The translations under genes and the position numbers were made by a program. A stretch of 29,224 nt of DNA from a candidate division WOR-3 bacterium. Lineage in GTDB: Bacteria; Hydrothermota; Hydrothermia; JBDRYB01. Below the pieces are notes generated by a model, which saw only the letters and a program-made list of their open reading frames with translations, made no database searches and was not told the origin of the DNA. This document shows positions 17,668 through 25,680 of the stretch, one piece after another. Numbering within the stretch: position 1 is the stretch's first letter; each line of letters opens with the position of its first letter. The stretch spans positions 7,960-37,183 of the forward strand of contig JBMFOM010000007.1 in NCBI GenBank assembly GCA_049969615.1. Reading direction: 5' to 3'.

Positions 17668-18267
17668 TTATTTCCAGCTCTCCAGGCCCAGGAATACCCT
17701 GAGCTTGTTTTTGAGGTCTTTGTCCTTCCGGGAGCCTATCCTGTAGCCGACGATGTATGCCGCCAGCGTCGCGACGAGGGTGAGCGCGCCGAGTCCGGCC
17801 GCTACATACAGATACCATTTTGGTTCAGAGGATTCGCCCTCCTTATCTTTGAAGTTCTCTTCAAATATCCATGTTGCGGCTGTGGCGGTGGCTGTGGAGA
17901 TAACGCCTATCAGGAAGGCGTTCTTCGCATAGTTAAGGGACTGCTCCCTCGCGTTCATAGGCATCACATAGGTAACATCGCTCACCTCTTTGGGATAGAC
18001 CCAGAGTGAGTCGTTGCGTTTGTTGTTGCCCGTGAACACCTTGATGCTGTCCGGCGTAACATCCATTACTGGCGCGTCAATGGTCTTTTTGCCGACCTTT
18101 ACTCTTATTTCGGCCCAGCCCCCTTCTTCTCTCAGGATGTTCTGGACGCGTGGGTTCATGAGGGGTTGGACATCGGCCTTGACCTTGTAATACTTAGGGC
18201 CACAAGCGACTCCCAGAAGCAGCGGGGCGATCAAAAGATCTCGTCTCATGTTCTTGTTTATCGTCAT
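17668..18267 (-). CDS. Hypothetical membrane protein, possible lipoprotein
   Basis: SD AGGGAGGT before ATG 18267. RRDLLIAPLLLGVA-C lipobox-like signal, then two C-terminal hydrophobic helices. Confidence 0.7.
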   Translation of the reverse strand: MTINKNMRRDLLIAPLLLGVACGPKYYKVKADVQPLMNPRVQNILREEGGWAEIRVKVGKKTIDAPVMDVTPDSIKVFTGNNKRNDSLWVYPKEVSDVTYVMPMNAREQSLNYAKNAFLIGVISTATATAATWIFEENFKDKEGESSEPKWYLYVAAGLGALTLVATLAAYIVGYRIGSRKDKDLKNKLRVFLGLESWK

Positions 18268-18268
18268 T

Positions 18269-20497
18269 TCACCTCCCTGTTCTTGTCCACTTGAGGACAC
18301 GCGACTTCCCCGCGTCCACCTTAATCATGTAAACCCCCGATGGCATTGATTTCGGAAGGGCCAGCGAGTTCAGCCCGCCGGGCAATTCTCCGACGAAGAG
18401 CTCCTCCCTCGCCCTGCCGGAAACATCGTATATCCTCACTGACACAGCCGTGGTCTGGGGCAGATTCAAGAACAGCCTATCCCCGGAGACCCAGGCATTC
18501 ATCCCACCTTGGCCGGCAGGATTTTCGTTGACCGGCATACCTTGGAAATCAGCCCTATAGAAGCCATTGCCGATGGTTCCGAGGATAACCGATGAACTCG
18601 TTAAGGTTACGGATGATGCCAGCAGACCCGACAGGGTGTCATAATTCCAGGTTGAATACGGGAAGGTATCAGAGACAACCACGGAGACAAGCCCCATTGG
18701 GCCAACTGCGGGCCAGCAGGTAACCAGCCTGTAGTTGGCTTCCGCGGCCACATCGGGCAGGGTGATGAGCGGAGTGTAGCCGTCCCCGCCGTGGAAGTGC
18801 CACTGCCACGCGGAGTTATTCCAGCTCCAAACGCCCTGGAAATTGGTGTCTGAGGAGGTGAAGAAGACTGCGTTGCCCGTCGTGTCCATCCACCATGCCG
18901 CCTGGAGGTTCGGGTTCATTTGCGTCCAGCTCCCGCCGCCGTTGGTGGAGCGGGAGACCCCACCGGTGTCCGTCATGAATATGTGGCCCCAGGATGAAAC
19001 CTTCACATCGCCTAGCGCGTAGAGCGCATAGAATATTATGGGATAAGGTCTCACCAGGTTCCATGATGCTCCCCTGTCCGTGGATTTGAAGACCCCTGTT
19101 TGCATGGTTATGAAGCTCCAGCCGAGGCCATAGAGGGTGTCCTGCGCGCGGTCAGCGAGGCTGAACATCAGCGGAGCGGTAAGGATAGAAACCGGCGTCC
19201 AGGATGTCCCGCCATCTGTTGTTCTGTAGAATACCGAGAATGTGCCAAGACTGCTTATCCCCGCGTAAACCAGGTTCTCAGTTGCGGCATGGATTGAGAG
19301 TCCAATGAAGTTAAAGCCGGTGGTGGGATCAAACACCGGATTAAGCTGATTTCTTGTCCATGTTGAGCCGCCGTTAGTTGATTTATATATCCTGCCGGAC
19401 ATGTAGTCCAGGATGTAGGCCGTATTTCCCTGGGCGGTTAGTTGGTGGGGCGTCGGCGCCCATACTCCGTAGAGGTTGGTGTTTCTCTCGTCCCAGGAAA
19501 CCCCTCCGGTCAGCGACCTTATGACTCCCACCCCGTTCGTGCCGCCCCAGAGCACCCCGCCGGCGTCGTCAGTCCAGAGAACACACTCAGAGTTGTAGAG
19601 CCAGGCTGTGTCCTGGGGAAGGGTAAGTTTGAAACGCTTTATGCCCTCCGGCATGCCGGATGAAGCCAGGAGCAGGGTATCCTGGTAGAAGTTCAAGTGA
19701 GTGTAGAGCTTTCCTGAGTCAGCGGTTGACCATGTGTTCCCCATGTCAGTTGAGACCAGAAGAACGCCCGATGTGGGGAAAGCGTTCACTGAGAGGGCCG
19801 CGAACACGAACATCGGGTTGGCGGGATGCACAGCCATTGCCCGGACATCCGGATACGCGCCTCCCCTTGAGAGGACGCGGGCCCAGCTCGCCCCCCCATC
19901 GGTTGAGCGGTATATGAGGGTGGAATCCGAGTCCCCGCAGGCGTAGAATACCACCGTGGGGTTTGATGGCGCGGCCGCGAGGGCATACATCTCATCCCAG
20001 TAGCTCGTTGAACCGGTGTACTCCCAATTCATTCCGTTGTCGGTTGAGCGGTAGAACGCGATCCTCATGGGTGGTGCCGTGTCTTTTCCGGCACAATAAA
20101 CCGCGCTCAGCTTCTCCTGGTTCAGGATCTTGTATTCCAGGGAGATGTCTGAGAGCACCGTGTCCCAGCTCATTCCCCAATCAGTTGTCCTGATTATCAG
20201 GCCGCCTTCACGGGCTATCAGGATTGATCTGTCATCCGTGAGGGTGCCGTCCTCACCGCCGAAAAGCGCGTGTGAGATTATCTGTGTCCAGTTCGCGCCC
20301 TGGTTCGTGCTCATCCAGAGGTTGGGCCAGGCGACGGCGAGAACCGTGTCCCCGTTTCCAAAGGTATAGACCGACAGAACCGAACCGCCTTCGGGCCCGA
20401 CCGGAGTCCAGTTCAGAGGAACCGCGGTCCCATGCGGCGCGACCGGCGGCAGATCCACGCGGGGCCAAAGCCCCATTAGTGCCAGCATGCTGAACAT
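18269..20497 (-). CDS. Secreted BNR/Asp-box beta-propeller protein with T9SS-like C-terminal sorting domain
   Basis: WTPVGPEGG start and about ten S/T-x-D/N-x-G-x-x-W boxes (e.g. RSTDNGMNW, RSTDGGASW, KSTDRGASW). C-terminus IYDVSGR...PSGVYMI. SD AGGAGG. Confidence 0.88.
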   Translation of the reverse strand: MFSMLALMGLWPRVDLPPVAPHGTAVPLNWTPVGPEGGSVLSVYTFGNGDTVLAVAWPNLWMSTNQGANWTQIISHALFGGEDGTLTDDRSILIAREGGLIIRTTDWGMSWDTVLSDISLEYKILNQEKLSAVYCAGKDTAPPMRIAFYRSTDNGMNWEYTGSTSYWDEMYALAAAPSNPTVVFYACGDSDSTLIYRSTDGGASWARVLSRGGAYPDVRAMAVHPANPMFVFAALSVNAFPTSGVLLVSTDMGNTWSTADSGKLYTHLNFYQDTLLLASSGMPEGIKRFKLTLPQDTAWLYNSECVLWTDDAGGVLWGGTNGVGVIRSLTGGVSWDERNTNLYGVWAPTPHQLTAQGNTAYILDYMSGRIYKSTNGGSTWTRNQLNPVFDPTTGFNFIGLSIHAATENLVYAGISSLGTFSVFYRTTDGGTSWTPVSILTAPLMFSLADRAQDTLYGLGWSFITMQTGVFKSTDRGASWNLVRPYPIIFYALYALGDVKVSSWGHIFMTDTGGVSRSTNGGGSWTQMNPNLQAAWWMDTTGNAVFFTSSDTNFQGVWSWNNSAWQWHFHGGDGYTPLITLPDVAAEANYRLVTCWPAVGPMGLVSVVVSDTFPYSTWNYDTLSGLLASSVTLTSSSVILGTIGNGFYRADFQGMPVNENPAGQGGMNAWVSGDRLFLNLPQTTAVSVRIYDVSGRAREELFVGELPGGLNSLALPKSMPSGVYMIKVDAGKSRVLKWTRTGR

Positions 20498-20526
20498 AAT
20501 AAACCTCCTATATTCGTTTCGGCATA

Positions 20527-20556
20527 ATTATAAACCCGGAGGCCGACCTGGTTCAC
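20527..20556 (-). promoter_or_regulatory. sigma70-type promoter for the propeller-lipoprotein-dapB-yhaM run
   Basis: Minus strand GTGAAC-18 nt-TATAAT, followed by a short leader with AGGAGG. Confidence 0.6.
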
Positions 20557-20631
20557 GCCGACCGGAGTATACCAGCCACGGAGATCATTGCTGGCTATGG
20601 CGTATCTCTTTATTGTTTGAGGCCAATGATA

Positions 20632-22197
20632 TTATTTATCCCCCTCCACCCAGAGGTTTTCAACCATGTAGCCGTCGGTACCGGAAATAACCAGCGCCCT
20701 CACGCGGACGTCCCTGCCGTGAACCGATAGGAGGGCCTCGGGATCATAGGTGTTATATCTCGCCATAAGAGCTGAAACCTCCCCGGCTGCACCTTTTATC
20801 AGAAACCTTATCTCAACCCCTAGCTTGCCCAGGTATTCCGCACTGTCCATGAGCTCGGTGGCCTCGGCATTAGAGGCTTCTATGACCATTTCCGCGCCCC
20901 TGGACTCGTCAAAAACTCCATTGCCGGAGGTGAAGTAATATTCCAACTCCTCTGCCAGGGACGAGAGGTATTCGGGTTCCATAGTGAAACCTGCGGCCAG
21001 CTTGTGCCCGCCGTAGTCAGAGAGTAGGTGAGATATATTGGACAACAGGTCCATCATGTCGTAGCCATAGGGAGCCCTTATCTCAGCGACTATCCTGCCG
21101 TCCGGTTTTCTGCCCATGACTATTGCCGGGACATCGTATTTGTTCTTGAGCTTGCTTGATATGTATGATAGATACCCGGGCTCGGTATCGCCAGCGTCAA
21201 GGAGTATGTAGCCCCTCACCCTTTTGACATTCCGGACGAACTCCACATAGGTTTTTTCTGCCTTGGAGAACCACCGGTCGGCCTCGCTCAGTAGTTCGGC
21301 GAGTATGTCCTCGGCCAACGCTTGATCCTGGGTTGCGATGAGATCGACCCCGGGGTGCTGGCCGCCGGAGGATTTTCCGGCGGATATAGCGGTTATTATG
21401 GATTCGGGAGATGGCCTTCCTCCCCTTATTCGTTCGTAAGCCCTTATAAACGGAAGGGATAGTCGGGCCATTAGCTCACGGCCCCTGTCAACTATGGCCT
21501 TGTTTTCAGCAAACAAGGGAACCTTATCGGCTATGGTCCCTATCATGGCATATATTACCAGTTCTGGAAACTCTCTCTCTATGTCTGCGAGCGAGTAGCT
21601 GTTCCTCAAGGAGAGTATTGCCCAGGCCGATTTGAAAGCAACGCCCACTCCTGCTAGGTGTTTGAAGCTTCCACCCATTTTCGGGTTCACAACCGTTATG
21701 CCAGATGTGGAGGCGGTCAGCTCGTGGTGATCAGTTATGAGGATGTCCATGCCGAGGTTTCGCGCGTATTCCACCATCTCAAGGTCGCCGGAACCGGTGT
21801 CAACCGTTAATATTAAGCCATATCCCTGAGTTTTTGCCCAGTCTATTCCGTCAGCGGTAAGGCCGTGTCCCTCTGATGCCTTTGAGGGGATGTAATAGCC
21901 GACAGATGCCCCTATGTGACGGAGCGTCCTAAGCATAACCGCCACGGATGTTATGCCATCTGCATCTTCGTGGCCCCAGACCAAGATCTTTTCCTGCCTC
22001 CCGGCCGAACGAAGGACGCTCTTCACCAGGCTTGACATGTTGGGAAGGTTCTCCGGTTCTATCAGCTTCTCAAAAGAGGGATTCAGGGTAATGTCCAAGA
22101 GGACCTCATTGTCCGCTCCTTTCTCTGCCAGGACGGACATCAGGCTCTCAGGGATGTCATACTGGACCTCTGGATCTTCAAATTCCATGATGTTCAT
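20632..22197 (-). CDS. RecJ-like DHH/DHHA1 phosphoesterase, divergent
   Basis: GHEDADGITS, ILTVDTG, ITDHH, VNPK, LAGVGVAFK, GTIADKVPL, GGHKLAAG. Confidence 0.85.
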   Translation of the reverse strand: MNIMEFEDPEVQYDIPESLMSVLAEKGADNEVLLDITLNPSFEKLIEPENLPNMSSLVKSVLRSAGRQEKILVWGHEDADGITSVAVMLRTLRHIGASVGYYIPSKASEGHGLTADGIDWAKTQGYGLILTVDTGSGDLEMVEYARNLGMDILITDHHELTASTSGITVVNPKMGGSFKHLAGVGVAFKSAWAILSLRNSYSLADIEREFPELVIYAMIGTIADKVPLFAENKAIVDRGRELMARLSLPFIRAYERIRGGRPSPESIITAISAGKSSGGQHPGVDLIATQDQALAEDILAELLSEADRWFSKAEKTYVEFVRNVKRVRGYILLDAGDTEPGYLSYISSKLKNKYDVPAIVMGRKPDGRIVAEIRAPYGYDMMDLLSNISHLLSDYGGHKLAAGFTMEPEYLSSLAEELEYYFTSGNGVFDESRGAEMVIEASNAEATELMDSAEYLGKLGVEIRFLIKGAAGEVSALMARYNTYDPEALLSVHGRDVRVRALVISGTDGYMVENLWVEGDK

Positions 22198-22198
22198 A

Positions 22199-22984
22199 TC
22201 ACACCTTTTCTATATTAAGGGGCACGGGCCCCAGGAACCTGGAAACCAGGGTTTCGTATCCAGGCGGGAAGTCCGTGAGGAAGACCCTCACCCTTCCCTG
22301 ACCTCTTGTTCTGTTCATGTCCTTCTCGTCAAGGCTTTTCTTCAGAACCCTGGCGGCCTCCTCCGATGGATCCACTAGGGTTGTCTTTGATCCCATGTAT
22401 TCCGACAGAAGGGGTTTGAGTAATGGATAATGGGTGCATCCCAGGACAAGCGCGTCCGTGTCTCGCATGTCGTGAAGGTAATACTCAACAATTGCCCTGG
22501 GTATAGGCCCCGTAACCATTCCCTCTTCCACTAGGGGAACGAATAGCGGACAGGCCCTGGCCACTATCTGTGCCCCGGACTGCTTTTCCTTTATGAGCCT
22601 CTGATACTCTCCCTTGTTTATGCTTGCTGTTGTTCCTATCACGCCTATCTTTCTGAAGGTTCTTTGCGTGAACACGACCGCGTTCGCCCCGGCCTCAACG
22701 ACTCCAACCGCCGGGACAGGGCTTTTTTCCCTTATGATTTCCATAGCAACCGAGGCCGATGTTGAACACGCTACCACGACCATCTTGACATCCTTCCCAA
22801 GCAGGAATTCCAGGTTCTCAAGCGAAAACCTTATCACTGCCTCGGCTGATTTTGTCCCGTATGGGAGCCTCGCGGTGTCTCCCAGATACATTATGTCCTC
22901 GGACGGCGCCAGCTTCACAAATTCTCTGACAACCGTGAGTCCTCCCAGCCCCGAATCAAAGAACCCGATTGGTTTATCTTTCAT
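22199..22984 (-). CDS. murI: Glutamate racemase
   Basis: IGFFDSGLGGLTV, GDTARLPYGTKS, VACSTSAS, LGCTHYP (both catalytic Cys). Confidence 0.96.
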   Translation of the reverse strand: MKDKPIGFFDSGLGGLTVVREFVKLAPSEDIMYLGDTARLPYGTKSAEAVIRFSLENLEFLLGKDVKMVVVACSTSASVAMEIIREKSPVPAVGVVEAGANAVVFTQRTFRKIGVIGTTASINKGEYQRLIKEKQSGAQIVARACPLFVPLVEEGMVTGPIPRAIVEYYLHDMRDTDALVLGCTHYPLLKPLLSEYMGSKTTLVDPSEEAARVLKKSLDEKDMNRTRGQGRVRVFLTDFPPGYETLVSRFLGPVPLNIEKV

Positions 22985-24335
22985 AATGCTTGACGAACTC
23001 CTTTATGCCCTGGGCTATTCCCCTTACCAGCCGTTCCTGGACCTCTTTTTTCTGGAGCTCGTTCGCGTCGGATTTATTTGAGATGAAGCCCATCTCAACC
23101 AGGACGGCCGGCATATAGCAACCCCTTAGAACATAGAATCCCGCCTGTTTTACCCCGCGATCCACGAAATCCGTTTTCGTCATTATTCCCTCGTGAATGT
23201 ATGCGGCGAGATCTTGGGATTCTTTCAGATACTCGTTCTGGATCATGTCCGAGAGTATAAAACCGATCATGTCCGCTTTATCCTGGGATTCGCTTTCGTA
23301 TTCTATTGCCTTGTTCTCAAACGCGGCAACTGACCGTTCCCAGTCTGTTCTCGCGGCCGCCAGGAAGTATGTCTCAACGCCGCAGGCGTCCTTGTTTTTT
23401 GCCCAATTGCAATGAAGGCTTATGAAGAGGTCGGCCCCAGCCCTGTTGGCTATTCTGGCTCTGTCCCCGAGAGTGACGAACCTGTCTTCATCCCTGGTCA
23501 GTATTACCTTTACCCCTAGCTCCTTCTCTAGAACCTTTTTGAGCGCGAGAGCGACTGGCAGGGTTATGTTCTTCTCATAAAGGTCATTGTAGCCCACTGC
23601 TCCGGGGTCTTTCCCTCCGTGGCCAGCGTCTATGACTATGAGGTCTATTTTTCTCTTCTTTTTCTCCGGTTCTTTTAGTTTCTTGGCCTTATAGACTGAC
23701 ACTGCGAATAGCTCGGCCTTGTCAACCACACCATAACCGGCCGCGCCTTCGCTGAGAGAGACGCGAAGAACCATTCCAGCCTCGGTATGGTCAATCCGGA
23801 TCTCCTTTACGGGTCCTGTGCCCTCAATGCGAAACGTTTTCCAGTAGAATCCGCCGGGGACACTAATTACCAGTAGGCTTGGTTTTGAGGGGTCTGTTTG
23901 AGGCCTGAGGTGAACCCCCTGAACGTATTTGAGCGTAAGGCAGACCGAGTCCCCCTTGTCCTCAAGGGAAACGCTGGCTATTGTCGGGTCTTCAGTCTTG
24001 ACGAAGAATCTTTTCTTGTCCCTGTCCCAGTAAGCATAGCCCTTTATCACCTTGCAGAGGATAAAGGAGAGGTATTCCGCTGGCATGTATAGGACATCGC
24101 CCTTCCAAAAGGATTCCGGTGCCCCATAGTATTTGTCATTGAGCTTCATCCCGTTATCATCCACCCTTATTTTAACCTCCTTAATTTGGGTAGCAATCCA
24201 CTCCTCATCAGATTTGCTCATGCCGAAAGCGCAAAAGACGCTGTCCGGTGGCACAAAATCACCCTTTTCCATACAGACATAAGGCACATTCACATAGCTG
24301 ATGGAAGCGAGCAGTAGGTTGATGGTGTTCGTCAT
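22974..24335 (-). CDS. N-acetylmuramoyl-L-alanine amidase (Amidase_3) with N-terminal accessory domains
   Basis: IDAGHGGKDPGA, EK, LTRDED, FISLHCN, GVETYFL, GVKQAGFYVL, PAVLVEMGFISN. TGATG coupling with smpB. Confidence 0.93.
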   Translation of the reverse strand: MTNTINLLLASISYVNVPYVCMEKGDFVPPDSVFCAFGMSKSDEEWIATQIKEVKIRVDDNGMKLNDKYYGAPESFWKGDVLYMPAEYLSFILCKVIKGYAYWDRDKKRFFVKTEDPTIASVSLEDKGDSVCLTLKYVQGVHLRPQTDPSKPSLLVISVPGGFYWKTFRIEGTGPVKEIRIDHTEAGMVLRVSLSEGAAGYGVVDKAELFAVSVYKAKKLKEPEKKKRKIDLIVIDAGHGGKDPGAVGYNDLYEKNITLPVALALKKVLEKELGVKVILTRDEDRFVTLGDRARIANRAGADLFISLHCNWAKNKDACGVETYFLAAARTDWERSVAAFENKAIEYESESQDKADMIGFILSDMIQNEYLKESQDLAAYIHEGIMTKTDFVDRGVKQAGFYVLRGCYMPAVLVEMGFISNKSDANELQKKEVQERLVRGIAQGIKEFVKHYER

Positions 24336-24784
24336 CACCCCTTCAATTCCCTTCGGATGTCCCTTTCCATGTCGCGTCTCTTTATGACATCGCGTTTCTC
24401 GTATTTCCTCTTACCGCGTCCAAGTCCGAGCTCTAGCTTTATTATACCCCTTTTCAGATATATGCTGAGTGGGACCAGGGTGTAACCCCTGCGGGATACC
24501 TTGCCAACCAAACGCTTTATCTCGTCCTTCCTGAGGAGGAGTTTTCTGGGCCTGGTTGGTTCGTGGCCAAATTGTCCGGCATGAGGATACGCGGCGACAT
24601 GCATGTCCTTGAGCCATATCTCATTTCCGACCGGCTCGGCATAGGCCTCGGCTATGGACACCATGCCTGCTTTGATGGATTTCACCTCAGAACCCAGGAG
24701 CACTATGCCACACTCCACGGTTTCCACTATCTCGTAGTCTCTCCTGGCCCGGCGGTTGGAGACGATTACCTTTACCGGGGGCAT
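24335..24784 (-). CDS. smpB: SsrA-binding protein
   Basis: NRRARRDY, GIVLLGSEVKSI, RPRKLLL, GYTLVPL, GKRKYEKR. Confidence 0.97.
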   Translation of the reverse strand: MPPVKVIVSNRRARRDYEIVETVECGIVLLGSEVKSIKAGMVSIAEAYAEPVGNEIWLKDMHVAAYPHAGQFGHEPTRPRKLLLRKDEIKRLVGKVSRRGYTLVPLSIYLKRGIIKLELGLGRGKRKYEKRDVIKRRDMERDIRRELKG

Positions 24785-25605
24785 CCCAGATCAATTTGAA
24801 TCCTGTGCACATCGCCCAGGTCCCCGTAGGGTGTCCAGGAGTATGCCAGTCTGGTAAGGCCCAGCTTGAAAAGGGCCCCAGCGCTCAGTCCCGTAAGAAT
24901 GTCACCCTCGCTACTCAATTGTCTCGTCTTTGAATTGAATGATGCGGCGACACCAATTGGGTATCCGTATACCCACCAAACCGCCCCGGCATTTCCGTAG
25001 AGCGGCAGGTTCATCTGGGAACCCATGCCCAGAGCCGCTTCCCAGCTCTTGCCCGGTGATACCCACTTTGTGCCGACCTCAAGGCTGACGGGCAATTTTG
25101 ACCTCACCGATTCAAACGGCAGGAATTCAAAGCCGAGGTGTTTTACCTGGATTGCCCAGAAGACATCCGAGGTCCCGAGAGCCACCCTGCTCCCAATGCC
25201 GAGATTCAGAGCGCCAGCAAAGGCTGACTGTCCCGCGGCCGATTGGAACAGGAGCTCTGCTCCAGCGAGCAGGGAGTATTTTTCCCAGGCGAATGTCCTG
25301 GTGCCGGATAAGGCACCCGCGTGATAAGCGAAATCTCCGGTGTAGTTACCCGCGCTGTCGTATCCCTCTATTGATCCCGAATTCAAGTATAACCCCTCCA
25401 GCCTGAAGCCCTTTATCAGCCCGCCTACTTTGCCCGCCTTGATCCCTGCCACATAGGATGTGCCTGAGAATGTTCCCTCAGGTGCCGGGGCGATGAACCT
25501 TGGTTCGCCATGAGAGAAGATAGCCTCATCCACACTGTAGGGCAAAAGAAGATACTGATAGCCAATATCTCCGGGCGAAAGCACCAAAAGAACCAAAGCG
25601 AGCAT
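24772..25605 (-). CDS. PorV/PorQ-like outer-membrane beta-barrel
   Basis: YLNSGSIEGYDSAGNYTGDF, A-L-N-L-G strand, IQVKHLG...KLPVSLEVG, terminal LAYSWTPYGDLGDVHRIQIDLG, resembling PorV-type proteins. Start at ATG 25605, 6 nt after TATAAT. Confidence 0.7.
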   Translation of the reverse strand: MLALVLLVLSPGDIGYQYLLLPYSVDEAIFSHGEPRFIAPAPEGTFSGTSYVAGIKAGKVGGLIKGFRLEGLYLNSGSIEGYDSAGNYTGDFAYHAGALSGTRTFAWEKYSLLAGAELLFQSAAGQSAFAGALNLGIGSRVALGTSDVFWAIQVKHLGFEFLPFESVRSKLPVSLEVGTKWVSPGKSWEAALGMGSQMNLPLYGNAGAVWWVYGYPIGVAASFNSKTRQLSSEGDILTGLSAGALFKLGLTRLAYSWTPYGDLGDVHRIQIDLGCPR

Positions 25606-25641
25606 AACGAAATTATAACCCAAAAGGCCGGGGGTTTGCAA
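25606..25641 (-). promoter_or_regulatory. sigma70-type promoter for the porV-like-smpB-amidase-murI-recJ-like operon (leaderless)
   Basis: Minus strand TTGCAA-18 nt-TATAAT-TTCGTT-ATG. Confidence 0.75.
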
Positions 25642-25654
25642 AGAAACCCCCGGC
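25622..25654 (-). terminator. Intrinsic terminator of the clostripain-family gene
   Basis: 11 bp stem GCCGGGGGTTT/AAACCCCCGGC with a 6 nt loop, followed on the minus strand by CTTTT, beginning 26 nt after the stop. Confidence 0.75.
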
Positions 25655-25680
25655 TCGTCAGGTCCTCTTTGTGCGGGTGC

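Noticed and set aside
17263..18009. 248 aa plus-strand ORF and the many other antisense ORFs (e.g. 1539-2099, 3152-3721, 6360-6890, 7368-7853, 22614-23081)
   Set aside because: They are shadows of well-supported genes on the opposite strand, with no motifs or start signals.
18900..20320. Periodic repeats that might suggest an array
   Set aside because: They are protein-level Asp-box repeats with divergent codons, not CRISPR or DNA tandem repeats.
22750..22780. MurI ACST instead of the usual ACNT
   Set aside because: A single substitution with both catalytic cysteines and all other motifs intact; not enough to claim altered function.
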